A DNA stretch of 63,959 nucleotides, the filler included, from Hyphochytrium catenoides (lineage: Eukaryota; Protista; Hyphochytriomycota): assembly GCA_900088475.1 (NCBI GenBank). It is 13 parts of 13 records of this genome, joined end to end, with 100 filler letters (N's around TTAATTAATTAA, not from the genome) between each part and the next. Parts side by side here need not be neighbours in the genome. Positions count along the whole stretch, not along the records: positions 36,386 to 49,696 come from FLMG01002502.1; positions 49,797 to 51,716 come from FLMG01004162.1; positions 51,817 to 55,375 come from FLMG01003388.1; 10 more parts are not named here. One strand, written 5' to 3'. Of this stretch, positions 38,987-52,013 are shown one piece after another. The notes under the pieces were generated by a model, which saw nothing but the letters and a program-made list of their open reading frames with translations, ran no database searches and was not told where the DNA came from. The position numbers and the translations under genes were made by a program. How positions within the stretch are numbered: position 1 is the first letter of the stretch; each line of letters opens with the position of its first letter.

Positions 38987-40280
38987 ATGACGGCACTATT
39001 TGACGCTCATGAGAGCGAGTTCATAGATGCGAAGATTGCCATCAACAAGAGTCTCAATGAAGTGAGCACTAACGCCGGAGATGCTGGTACGAGTTACTTC
39101 GAAGATAAAATGCTTATCTGAGAGGACCCTTACTTTCCATCTTTCGCTATTCTTAGACCGTCAGCGCTCAGCCCTGCAGCTTGCCAAGGGCAATATATCT
39201 GAGGCGGATCGCTTCGTAAGTTACTTCCTATCCAGTGATGTTTGCGAAAGTGTGGCAACAACTGAGACTGTGTTGGCTTCCAGCTTAAGCTGATGCAGGT
39301 TGAATCAAGGACACAAGCTAATGAGAGAAGAAAAGCTATGGAGACGAAGGTGTGAGGTTGCAGCTGGCCCTCAAGTTCCAGGAATGTCTGGAGCTAACAG
39401 CCTCTTTCTTTTACCCCTTGCCGGCCCCATTCCTCACCTACCATGACAGATAAAGATTTATAGAGATGAGCTCGCAGGGTTAAGGAAGGACTTTGAGAGA
39501 GTGTCTCTTCTAGCACGCAGTGATCTGAGCGCATATGATCCGGTAAGTCCCTTCTTCATCATTCAACTCACTGTTGTCGGATCCGCAGGTCTGCCGTAGG
39601 GCTTTCTAACTTTCTGGCTATAGGAAGCTGTTGGGTTCAATCACAGAGATAGAATGCAAAGAAGCACGGACCTCCTTCTTGGGTAAGCAGAAGTACTGAT
39701 CAAGAACTATATGCGGCCCGGTATAGACCTAACCGAGCCGCCTTGTCTGCCTTGTTGACAGTGCCTCTGAGAAGCTTGCTGAATCACGAAGGATACTTTC
39801 TGAGACAGAGGAGATTGGTAGGACAGTCATCTCTGTGAGCGAACCTACCCAGCTTTCTCTTGCTCTTGACCGCCAGCCGAGGATTTTTTGTCTTCCCCTT
39901 CGTTTCCTACATTTGTTGCTCTATTGGTGCCAGCTCTTTGCCTGGGCTTTGGCTCTATCTAGAAATACGCCGTTCCGTGTCTGGACGTTTCTCTATGAGC
40001 CTGATACTCACCTCTGTAATCTGTACTGCCGTTACCTCCCTGTTACCATGCAGGGGTGGGAGTGATGGGAAACCTTGAAGAGCAGCGGGAGGTGTTGCTC
40101 TCTGCACATGGGAAGGTGAAGGAAGCGAAGGGCATGACCTACGAAGCCAAGCGAATACTGACGAACCTGGCTAGACGAGCAGCGATGAATCGTGTCTTCT
40201 TATGGGCAGTGATCGCGTTCTTGGTGTTCTGCATCCTCTATGTAACTTACTATGACTTCATCAGGCCTTGGTTCAAATGA
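38987..40280 (+). CDS. VTI1: Qb-SNARE VTI1, 7 coding exons
   Basis: MTALFDAHESEF..EADRFLKLMQVESR..KIKIYRDEL (Habc), the SNARE motif LAESRRILSETEEIGVGVMGNLEEQREVL..AKRILTNLARRA and a C-terminal TM VFLWAVIAFLVFCILYVTYY. Confidence 0.93.
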
Positions 40281-40961
40281 AGAGAGAGAGAGAGAGAGAA
40301 ACGGGCGTGGAAAAGAGAGAGAAGAGAAACGCAGGAAAAGAATAGGAGTTCAGGAGAAAAAAGTGAGAAGGGGAGTGGACGGAGGTTCGCAGTCCTTCCG
40401 CTCCTTTGGGGGTGCTATCTATTTGTTTGTCTATAATTGACACAGCTTTTGAAGTTCATTACTAAGAGGTCACTCTGTTGGCGAAGGAAAGCGGGATGAG
40501 TGACAGCAAAACCTCCTTTCCCTTGAGAGTAAGGGCAACTTGGTATGAGTGGACAGAGGGGCATCGGTAAGGTCGCAAACAGACCGTAAAGAGCGATTTG
40601 AAGCGATAGCAAAAGGAGGCAACAGATTGGTGCTTTCGTTCTCAGCGCGTGTGGATGTGACGAGAGGAAACTGGCGCGTGCATTGAGCTGGGTATTACTT
40701 TCCGTCCACATGTTCACCGACTTGAGTGCCAATAATTTGGGCCGTGATGAGGACTCACAGGCTCTTAATTTATAGTATCTTGGTCCCGTGCCTTCTTTAG
40801 GATAGACGGAAGACGAGAGAAGAGGCTTCTAGTTAAAACTTGCTTCACTCTAAATAAGGTGATGTCTCTCTTCTGCGACAAATCACTGTCAAAGTCCTGC
40901 CAACGGCGTAGCCTTCCATGAGCAGCTTGGTCTTCGATGGTCTTAACAGCTTCCCTTTAGT

Positions 40962-43900
40962 CTACAGCTGGCTTTGCCGTGCTTTCTTACACCAAATGAA
41001 TAGCACATATCCGAAGGCAAAGCAAGAGCTCCACCTCTGTAGCTGCCTGAGGTCATAAAGAGGAACATCGGGCACCTGGAGCTCCTTCATATAAATGTCT
41101 AGGACCTGGGAGGCGGCTGATGAGGCAGAGATAAGTATAAGGAACCCCTGGAACATTGTGATTGTCACCATCATCCATAGCATTTCAGAGAGAAAGCTTG
41201 ACTTTGCCTGCTGTTCAGGCACTAAGAGGTGGCTAAGAACCTCTCTCCTGCTATTGCTTTGACTCCTCTTGGTTGGACTAAGACGAGGATCCTTCCTGTT
41301 GCGCTGCACGCAAAATCTTCGCGACTGTTGAGAGAGAGAGCCAGCTCTTAGCCCGAACAGCCAAAGAAGAACCGAGACAGAGACAAGAGACCGGTAGGAG
41401 TAGTCAACCTCCCACTCTCCACTTCTATGGATGAAGACTGCAGCCAGTAACCAAAACCCAGAGCTCCAGATAGACTCTGAGTATCTGTAGGGATCACTTT
41501 GTTCGGGAGTCAGGAGAGATGAGCGGTGCGACCGCTGCCCGGAAGACGTTGACTTTCTGGTACTGGCCTCATTATCTCTGTTGCGTTGCTCCTTATCTCC
41601 TTGAGGTAGCTGGAACCTTGGAGGGAGAGAGTCGCTCTCCATCAGCGAAAAGTACTCTTCGATCTTAGGCCTTAACCAGCTGTAAAAGCCATCCTTGTCC
41701 TCTCTTATCGCCACAGCATAAGGATTCTTGTCGTCCTTGGCAATCTTCTTTGCTTGCTCCTGAAGGAGGTAAAGGAGCACGCCAGCCATTTTCTTAATGG
41801 CAAAGTTCAAAAGCTTCTGTGGAAGGCGAATGCGCGGATCAAAATTGGCGACAATGCACAGCCTTCCGCTGGTTCGACTAGTCGGTTCTACAAGCGCTCG
41901 GAATCCTTTGATCAGCATTCGGTTACTGTTCCAGCCTTCTATAGGAGGAATGTTTGCACCTGGGAAGCTGTCGACAGATCCTCCTAATATGAGAAGGCAC
42001 CTGTGCTCATACGAGGTGTCGGCGGCAAAAGCGTGGACCACGGCGTCTCGCTGAATAGCCATAGGCACCGACACATTAAAATAAGTGAGGATCTCACAGC
42101 GGCCCAGTCGCTTTAGCATATAGGAGCGATTGCAGAAAGGTGCCCAAAGATTGAACTTGTCCGTCTCTCTCACGACCGCAAGGCAATTAAAAAGGTCTGC
42201 GTCTTCGGCGGTGCCTTCCAACTTCACCCAGAGAGTGTCATTCTCACCTAAAGAGAGTGGATAGTGAGGAGCAATGATGAGAGGATTGGGGAACATTCTG
42301 GGACATCCGAGAGAAGGCTGACGCAAGGAGACGAGCACGATCGAGCTTAGATGGGACTGGGAGCGGCACCTAGTAAATCCGTACACCGAAGGGCTGAGAG
42401 AGGCAGAGGCTGCTGCTTACCAGGCTTGTAAAACGTCGTTATGCCTAAGAACTTGTGACCAAAGATCCACCCCGCATCTTCGCTATTAAAGTCCAGAAGG
42501 GCTTCGTTTATGGCTTTCTCCCTATTCCGCAGCAGGTCGATCTTCTCCTTCGTCCTTGGGTCTGCCATTCTCGATCTTACTGCTTGAACTTCTGGGTGGC
42601 CCGGCTGGTCTTTGACAAAGTTCTCTACACGGTCTAACTGAGCTGCCGCGGCCACGTAGCGTTCCTCATCAGCCAACATGAGCACCAGGTCCAGGGATTT
42701 CTCCCAGCTGTCAGTGTGGGCTGCGGCTGCTTTCTCTTTCTCCGCACTAGGAGGTAGAAAAACCAAATCTCCTGCATCTTTTTGAGGTGCAAGCTTCTCT
42801 TGCAACGCTACGGCGTTCTCGTGGACGCTAGGTCCTGCTGTGCCTGGACTTGCTGGCCGTAGATCTGTAGCACTACTTGTCCTACCTATCTTTGATAGCG
42901 AGAGCCGACGGAAGAATGAACGTTTCCGTGATGGGCTCTGCTCCAGAGGTTTGCGGAAGTACAACTTTTTGGCAGTGGATGACGGCACCAACAGGTGAAG
43001 AATCTTCCTCAGCTTCAAATTGGAGACGGGGGTGTCATTGATCTGGTAGAGTTCAAAGCCTGGCTGTACATGGGGCGTCTGCAGTTTGCTCAAGGAGAAT
43101 GTCTGGTCCGCCTCTAAGGGATTCTGCTTCTTATTTTGCTCTCGACCATTAAGTTTCTGTGGAGATTCTTGCCCCTTTGGCTTCGCTTCAGCCGCGGCGA
43201 AGGCGCCATAGCCACTAGGACCCGACTCTAGTGACAAAGAGAGAGGCATGTACGGCCTTATAATAAAGGTTACCATTTGTTTGGTCTCATCGTAATCCAC
43301 CTTCCTCTGACTTCGAGGAAAGTCAAAGCCCAAAGTAACAGGCCTGACCGCGGTATGGACTGTCGCCACTGAGCGCTTATAATCCAGATTACGGACGGAG
43401 CTCCCATTGACACTAGAAAGAATAAGGCCTTTCTCAAGCTTGGATATAAACTGACTGGTTTCCTTCATACGTGGCCGTAACTTTGCGGCTTGGCTTCCCC
43501 TTGTGATGGCTCCAATGACAACCGTGTCGTTATGAAAGCCTGGCTCTAGCTGCAAACCCAATGGATCACTGTCGAAAGTAACCTGCAGATCATCAACGAT
43601 CGCTTCTCCACTTCTTTGTGGCCCAAACGTTCCGCTAAGCCTGAGATCGTTGACAGAAGCACGCTTCGGACTCGAAGAGATAGTGATCACTGGGACACTG
43701 GTTCTAGGGGTAGAGTTCTTCTTTGCAAAGGAGGGATAGTCCTTCAGCGCACTCGTAAGCTTCGACAGATACTTGGAGACGCTGGCTGAGGCGTTCGGAG
43801 GCAACGCTCCATCATGCTGTTCAGCATATTTGAGAGTGAAAGCACATTCCGTATTACCTCTAGAGAGAATCTCCATGACACACCAAGAGGCATCGATTCT

Positions 43901-44614
43901 GAGCACGTCATCGAGAGGAGGGAACTTTTTATGGGCGCCTGACATGGTATAGATGACGTAGGTGCCGGTCGCTGTGTCGAATGTGACTCGCCTCTCCATC
44001 ACATAGTCCCTTCTGGCGGCTGGCTTTGGAAGATCCATTAAGACGTACATGTACTCTGTCTGGTTACGCCTGGCAATTGTCTTCAGCTCTGTAAGATAAG
44101 GATCCCATTGCAATCGGTACTGGGGGAACAAGCGATTAGGGATCAGAGTACGACGGCAGCCAGTTAACCATTGCCATAATGGCAAAGGTATACCTGCGAG
44201 TCTGTCATTGTCTTATACAGAGTCTGGGCAGAAAAGGGCAAAACCCCCTCCGCCTTATATAGTACTGGAAACGCAGGGTACGAAGACGTCGAGAGTGCGG
44301 CTCGTTTGACGCTAATGTTCTTGGCTTCAAAAATGGACTCCCACGTGTTATCGGCAAATGCATCTCTGCCAAACTCCTCAATGCCTAGAACAAAGCACCA
44401 CTTCCTGATTAGTAGCAGATACGATACAGATCACTCAAGCTAAGTGAACTCACTCTCCCATTTTGTGGGCGTTGTTGAGCTGAGAGGATCAAACTCGGAG
44501 GCATCTGTAGATATTGTTAGTTTTCCTGGATACGAAGAGTAACAGTCCAACTATCTAACCTGAACCACTGTCGGTGTAATCACTTTCGCTATCGCTTGCG
44601 CTGGGGATCGTCAT
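40962..44614 (-). CDS. START - PDZ - PDZ-like - START - multi-TM protein, about 5 exons
   Basis: ATG at 44614. START1: YKAEGVLPFSAQTLY..YRLQWDPY..PKPAARRDYV. PDZ: VTFDSDPLGLQL..VIGAITRGSQA..ILSSVNG..RPVTLGF. Second PDZ-like: VQPGFELYQINDTPV. START2: GWIFG..VKLEG..LAVVRETDKFNLWAPFC..QRDAVVHAF..ANFDPRIRLPQKLLNF. Three to four hydrophobic C-terminal segments. ORFs 42347..44185 and 40962..42386 are joined by a GT-AG intron at about 42249-42420. Confidence 0.85.
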
Positions 44615-45480
44615 GTTAGGAAGTACTTTTCCGTCAGTAGCAGATGTTATGTCGTCGACCGGAGCTGTCAAGTAAGCGAAAAGGTCACGCACTTATGGTG
44701 CCGGTCACAACAGCGAGTCATAGGAGACAGCTGCCACGGTCTATCTCATCTAGAGCTTGTAAGCTACCTCTTGAGCTTTGGGCGACCCAAGTCCACGCTC
44801 TATCGAAGCTAGATCTTTCAAGCTTCAGCGACCATACGCGGATATCCAGATCTTCAGATTGTATATACAGAGCTTATCGGGCTTCTGAGGACTCTCTGAC
44901 CAGCTGCTCCAACAGCGCGGTAAACGGTCATTTTATTCTTCAGTAACGGATTTATCTCTGCCTAGGAGGATTACAGATAATGCATACATTCTATTTAGAA
45001 TAGCAATCCACTCGTTCTAAATTCCGATAGCGGATGGTGAGACACATACCTACATATATATGAAGAGACAACAATATCGCAGGCTCCGCTAACCGGTGAT
45101 TTAGTGTACAAACAGAGCGATTACAGTAACAAAAAGTTTCATCTTCCCTCTGCTGCCTTTTTGATGGGTTTTGGATGGAGATTACGGAAGCGAGAGAAAA
45201 TTGGATTCTGAAGCTTCAGATGGAGATCAGAATCCGTTAAACTCTGATGCGGCAGTTGAGGTTTATAAGAGATTCCTGGCACCGATTGATAGGTATGTTG
45301 AGAGGAGGGGAGAGATAGGGAATAGGAAGGAGTTGAGATTAGGCGGGAAGTATAAGGGCGGCATAGAGAGTTGTTTTACCGGTGTCCTTGAAGGTTGCCC
45401 ACTTGACTCGGTGGCATTCTGTGGAAGGATAGACCATCATTGGAACATCAAGCTGACCATTGATCCTTCCTAGAAAAATC

Positions 45481-48395
45481 ATGATTCGCGGCGTAAGGAA
45501 GCTTGCCATTGGCAATCGGGCTGTGGTCCGAAATGTAAGAGTGGTGGTCGCTGAGAGAATCTTGTCTGAGTCGCTGAACATCTATACCCTTGGCACTCCC
45601 AGGTGGCTCGGAGAAACGCTGCGGTTCTTCGTAGAGGAGTTGCAGGTAAGCTGTCTGCTCCATTGGGAGGAGCGCAATATTCAATCTGATTATCCGGTGT
45701 GTGCAGCACTCTCAGAGACTACCACGCTGAAGGCCAGAGTAGCACAGAACCAGTCATGGAGGTATGGGTATATTGCAGCACCGCGTATAAATCAAGCTGC
45801 TGAGGACTTGGAGCAGCGTCACTAAAGCTACCTCTCAGTCTCAGGCCCCAGTATGCGCCGAACATGATGATGGGAGTACGCTTCTTCTCAGTTGGTAAGG
45901 GCTCCTTTTGTTCCTCACTCATGTCTCGGAAACGCACTTACCTTCTTCAACAGAGACCATCAACGTGCCTAGTATGGGTGATTCTATTACTGAAGGAACG
46001 GTAGTGCAATGGACCAAAGGTGGATAGCATCAAACTTCCATATACAGTCTTCCCAGACTGGCTGACGCGACCACCTTCACCTGCTTGGGTCACTCTCGCC
46101 ATCACTTTTCACCTGCCGCTACTCTTGGCGTCTCTCTTCACTTGTCCATTGCTTTCGTGGCCCTCACAGGTGTAGGGGATTATGTCAATGTTGACGATGT
46201 CGTGGTAGTGGTTGAAACTGACAAGGTAAGAGATAAATGCACGTGTTGGTGAAGACTTGTCCTCTACGGTGTCCTGATTGTTCCTTAAGGAGCTAGGAGC
46301 TAGGAGCTGTTTGAGAGTGTTATGTCTTTCTCGCATTCTCTTTCTAGATCTATGCACTATCCGACGGCTGTGTGCTCTGGCGCATGACGGGCTCATGACT
46401 ATCCTTAGGTTAGCGTTGACGTCCGGACACCCAAGGCTGGAGTTATAACTGAGCATCTAGTGCCAGAGGACACCACCATTGAGGTGGGTGCTCCGCTGTT
46501 CAAGCTGGACACAGATGCTCAGAAGCCTGCTGAAGGAGCCAAAGAGGAGAAAGGTAAGATCTACAGGCAACAAGAGAAGAATATCCTCTGTCCTAACAGT
46601 TTATTGAAAATCCCATTTCTGTGTTGCTCTCCGCTTCAGCCAAACCCGCTGCCGAAAAGCCTGCAGCTGCCCCAGTGCCTCCAAAGCCGGCTGCTGCTCC
46701 TGCAGGAGAAGCGACGGCCCCTCCTTCCTCCGCCTCCACGCCTCCACCATCATATTCGGGACCCAAAGCACCCTCCAGTCCTCCTAAGCAAGCAACCCCG
46801 CCACAACAAACGCCTAAACCTGCAGCGGCATCTCCCACTTCTGAATCACCGTCCTCTCTTCTCTTTCAGCGCACGGAGAACAGGGTTAAAATGAACCGGA
46901 TGAGACTGCGCATTGCAGAGAGGCTGAAGCAGGCTCAAAACACATATGCCATGCTTACGACCTTCCAAGAAGTAAGGAATACACCTAAAAGAGGTGGATG
47001 TCGTGATAATTTCGCGTTTTATCGCCGCAGCGAGGATAACCTACTGCTGCCGCTCTGATCTACTTCTACTCTAGCTGATCCAAATGTTTCTTCTCCTCTG
47101 TCCTCACTGTTTCAGTGGCTCTTGGTCTCGATTCTAAAACCATTTCTCACCACGCATCTGTCCTCATCCCGCTCCTGTCGTTTTTGTCATTTTTTGGACG
47201 TCTTATTTCTTCCATGTATAGACCGATATGAGCAGTCTGATTGAGTTCAGGAGCTTGTATAAGGAGGAGTTTGAGAAGACACATGGTGTGAAGTTAGGCT
47301 TCATGTCAGCATTTGTCAAGGCCGCAGCACAAGCGCTTAAGGAGGTTCCAGGAGTCAACGCAGGTTGGTATAGAGGACACCAAGTTGTTGGTGCCTTTAG
47401 CAGTCGTCGCCAGCCCACACTCATACCTCCCGCACTCTTCTCGCTCACGAAGCCTAAGTGTCAGCTAACGGTGCTTCCTTTAGTGATTGATGATGAGGCC
47501 AAGGAAATTGTTTACCGTGACTACGCCGACATCAGCGTGGCTGTTGCGACTCCAAAGGGGTAAGTAACTTATGGACCTCACGCAGCCTTGTTTTTAAGTC
47601 TTCTTCACGTGCTGGGCAACTGTTCTACTCATTCCTCGATGTCCTCCAGCTTGGTTGTTCCAGTGGTGAGGAACTGCGAATCTCTCAGCTTTGCCGGTAT
47701 CGAAAAGAAGATTGCTGAGCTCGGAGAGAAGGTAATACGGACTGGATCGTCTACGATATTTAGGGCTATCTCTCTATAACGACCGCATCCTTGTACCTTT
47801 CTATCTTCAAGGCACGTAATGGTACACTTGAGATGGAGGAGATGGCTGGCGGAACTTTCACCATCTCGAACGGAGGTGTTTTCGGATCTCTTATGGGGAC
47901 TCCTATCGTCAACCCGCCTCAGTCAGCTATTCTGGGCATGCATGCCACGAAGATGAGAGCTGTTGTCAACAAAAAGGTTCGGAGGCTATAGCGCACCATT
48001 ACTTCTTAGACTGTCTGCTTTTCGTCCTATAATCAGTCTAAAGTCTGTTTCCGTCCCGCCCTAGCCTTCTCTCATCCTCGATCTATCCTCTTTAGCATGC
48101 ATTCACTCCTGTTATCTCCTATTCTCACGAAAGCGAACATGAAGGACTTGGTTGAAAGTAGGGCCAGCTTCGTTTTGCTTTCTTCCTGTCGCTCTAACCA
48201 GCTCACTTTGTAAGCTGCTTGCAGCGATTGAGAAACTGGCTAAATGTTTCTTTGTCGTAGGGAGAGGTTGTGGCTCGTCCAATGATGTACCTCGCTTTGA
48301 CGTATGACCACCGCCTCATTGACGGCCGTGAGGCTGTTACTTTCCTCAAGTCAGTAGCCCAAAAGATTGAAGACCCAAGGCGTATGCTCCTTTGA
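45481..48395 (+). CDS. DLST: Dihydrolipoyllysine succinyltransferase (2-oxoglutarate dehydrogenase E2), mitochondrial, 13 exons
   Basis: Arg-rich presequence over 4 exons, lipoyl domain [17 protein letters not shown], Pro/Ala linker, [45 protein letters not shown] and catalytic [15 protein letters not shown] at 48393-48395. Confidence 0.98.
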
Positions 48396-48621
48396 GCCCA
48401 CAATTTGGGCCTAAAAAAAGTCGAACTTGCTAGCTAGTGAAGCTCTCAGCACATTGCTTCTAGAGCAACTGTGAGAAAACTTGGGATTGGGATTGCTTAT
48501 TTTTTAGTTTAGCAGCCTGCTACATGGCGCGGTAGTCGTAACTGACAGAGACCAACGGGAAATAAATAAGAGACACGCATTCTTTGAGATAGCCGGAGAT
48601 GTAGACGTCATTCGCGATGCT

Positions 48622-49696
48622 TCACTTGTGAGACTTCTTCTTTTTCTTCTTCTCTTTCTTAGCTTCTTTTCTGCGTTTCTTCGACGATGAGGACTCCTCC
48701 TCCTCGGCGGCTGCTGCATTGAACGTAATCCGAATCTTAGGAAGGACAAGCGGCAGAGAAGAGGGAGGCGTTGGAAGTGGAGAAGGGGGTCCGCTCTTTC
48801 TCCCTCTTCGTGATGTAGAAGACGTTGGGCTCCCCTCTATCTTCTGTTTGCCTCTCTTCGCGGTAGAGGGTGTAGAGTCTCTTCGCCTCTTTCGCGAGCC
48901 TTTCTCTTCTGGCGCAAGAGGCGTCTGAGGGTAAAACTGTTGCTCCTCTTCCCGCTCGTCTCCTTGTTCTTCAACGACGTCCATAAACTCGCCTTCTTCC
49001 TGCTGATCTTCACCTTCCACCTCCTCCTCTTCCAGCTCTTCTTCATCATCCTCTTCTTCCTCCTCCAGTGCCCCAAGCCCTGGTCTTTTCTTTATTATGA
49101 GTTTGACTGGCTTGTGGGGAGGAGGAGGACGAGGGAAGAATGATTCATGAATGAGAGGAAGGGCCTTCCAGACCAGGCGGCCGCCGGCACCTTTTTTGAG
49201 CTTTATAGGGACCATAAGCCCGCAGGCTGAGTCCCGGGAAGAGGTCAACGAGAGAGAGAAATGAGAGGTATAAGTACTACGGACTACGTGATTATGACAG
49301 GATTGCATCCAACAACAGGTTCGGATGCTAAGAGATAGGGAAAAGCGACGAGAACACAACGGTGATTCGTTCTCTCTCCTTGGCCCGTTAGCGGGCTCAC
49401 TTTTTTCTCTCTCTCTTCCAGCCCGCGGAGCACTACTTCTGCCATTCTCTCTGATCCTGCTCTCAACACTTCGCACACTTTATAGGCTTCCCCTCCATCC
49501 CGTCAGTTTGTCCGTCTCCTGCTTGCTGAGCCTTACTTCCACCGCTGTCCAGTACTTACGATGCTTATCCTTTGGATTCCCTAAGGCCACGAGCTTAGTC
49601 AGCTTCGGATTGACTCTGATCCACTCATGAACTCCGTCCTCCAGTCTTTGCATCAGATAGTTTCGTAGCCTTGTATTATAGTCAACGACTCTGTAT
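48622..49696 (-). CDS. 3' part of a probable nuclear protein (Tudor-like fragment, acidic tract, Lys-rich tail)
   Basis: YRVVDYNTRLRNYLMQRLEDGVHEWI next to the linker. The final exon has poly-Glu, RKRRR, LPKIRITF and KKEKKKKKKSHK. Internal splicing is not resolved. Confidence 0.5.
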
Positions 49697-49925
49697 NNNN
49701 NNNNNNNNNNNNNNNNNNNNNNNNNNNNNNNNNNNNNNNNTTAATTAATTAANNNNNNNNNNNNNNNNNNNNNNNNNNNNNNNNNNNNNNNNNNNNGCAG
49801 CCTGCACTGGCGAAGTCACAGTCGCTCCGCCGGTCCAGAAGACTGAGTGGAAAGACAGAAACCCCCTGAAGTCTAAGAGACCAATGAAGTGCCTCTGTCT
49901 TCTTCCCTTCTCTTTCTGTCTCTCT

Positions 49926-49966
<41 letters not shown>

Positions 49967-50418
49967 TCTTCTCTCTCTTCAGGCCTCTGTTGCTCTCTCC
50001 ATCTGGCTACTGCTATTCTCTCTCTCTCTCTCTCTCCTCTTCCTTCCGAGATTAGCATAAGGAATTGAGGATGAGAGAGACAGCCAACCTCACCGATATG
50101 CAGACGATGAAGACCAAGACTCTCTCTCTCTTTCTCTCTCTTTTTCTCCTCTCCTTGGCTCTCTCTTATGGGATGCAGAGCACTGCACGGGGAAAAGGAA
50201 GAGAAAAAGGAAGAGGGAGAAGGATCTCTTCCGAGCCCGCGATTGCCGCCAATCTGCCTCTCTCTTCTCTTTTCTGTTCTTTCTCTCTCTCTCTCTCTCT
50301 CTTCTCTTCTTTATTGGCTCTCTCCTACAGAATTGAGAGCAATCATCAAGCGAAGAAGACGAGCAGGAAGCGGAAGAAGCGAAGAAAAGAACAAGCCTTC
50401 TCTCCAGCCTCGTGGGGA

Positions 50419-50458
<40 letters not shown>

Positions 50459-50607
50459 TTCTCTCTCTCCTGGCTCCCTTTTCCTTATAATGATCATTCT
50501 GCTCTTCCACTTTGGACTCTCTCCTATTACGGCAATGGATGAGAGAACAAGAAGAACTTCCGGAGAATGAGCTCAGCCAGCGAAGAAGAGTCATCACAAG
50601 GCCTCCC

Positions 50608-50656
<49 letters not shown>

Positions 50657-50910
50657 CTCTCTCTCTCTCTCTCGTTCTTCGCATCTCCATTTTGCGCTTA
50701 GATTAGTTTTGCATTCCCTGCATAAACCCTGCATAGATACTGCATAAAACCTAAATTCATTTCATTAAAATGTTTAACTTCCTCGACAGTCTAACTAAGG
50801 CCTTATGAAAAACTTGTATTCTTCTATAACCAAAATACTAAAAGCCAAATATTTGTAACGGACGGTCTGTCCCTTGATTCAGCACCGAAACTAGAAGTAA
50901 CATTTACCGA

Positions 50911-51000
50911 GGCTAACGCGTGAGCCTAATCTAAGCAGCTGAAGCCCTACCCCAAGGCTAACGTGTGAGCCTAATCTAAGAAGCTGAAGCCCTACCCCAA
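50911..51000 (+). repeat. 45-bp tandem duplication
   Basis: ggctaacg(c/t)gtgagcctaatctaag(c/a)agctgaagccctaccccaa at 50911-50955 and 50956-51000. Confidence 0.92.
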
Positions 51001-52013
51001 ACTAAGGGCTGCGATAGCAATATACTCCATAGTACATATTTTCCCGAGAATATAACGCTTGTGCTTGACTTGTCTTTCTCTCTCTGTCTCACTTTCTTTC
51101 TCTCTCTTTCTCTCGCTTTCTCTTTTTCTCCCTCTGATTCTCTCTGTCTCTCTCTCTTTCTCTCTCTCTCTCTGTCTCTCCCTCTGCCCCCTTTGGTTAG
51201 AAACATCATTGCTTTTTCCTTTTGAGCTCTACTTAGCTCCTCTGTTTCTTCACTTTGGAGTTTCTGTCGTAGCTTCCTCTTTTCGAGGCTTTCTCTCTTT
51301 CTCTCTCTTTCTCTTTCTCTCTCCTATCGCGTTCGCTCCTGCCCTTCTTCCTCTCCTCTCGATCCCTTCCACTGTCTCTTCCTTCTTTTCCTCCCATTCA
51401 GCACTCATCTCCTCTCTCTCTCCCCTTCGCTGTCTCTTCAAAGAAATTCGATAATCTTCTTCGGATTTTCTTCATTTCTCTCTCTCTCTTTCTCTTCTTT
51501 TTATTTGAGGATCTTCTCTCCCTGGCTGTCTACCTTCAGAAGAGAAGGTTACGTCAATTCTCTCTCCTCGCTGAAGTCATAGCAGAGAGAGAGAGAGAGG
51601 GAGAGAGAGAGAAAGAGAGAGAGAGAGGGATCATGTCATCTTCCGTGGCCCTAAGGCGTCGCTCTTCAGGAACTGCGGAAGGATCAGGAGATGTGAAGGG
51701 AAAGTCTCTCTCTTTCNNNNNNNNNNNNNNNNNNNNNNNNNNNNNNNNNNNNNNNNNNNNTTAATTAATTAANNNNNNNNNNNNNNNNNNNNNNNNNNNN
51801 NNNNNNNNNNNNNNNNCACTTCATAGCTCTGTCTAACTCTTTCACTAGCAGATTAGGAAGGGCTGAGCGTTCAGCCTCACTAGCGCTTTGAAGGCTAAGA
51901 GCTTTCCTGGCTAAGAGCTTTCCTGGTATCTTATAAGGGCCGCCCGTGAACCTATCGACACGTCAACTAGGGCTGGGGTCGGGCCCTTGCCGTCTCGAAG
52001 TTCGAATAGAAGA

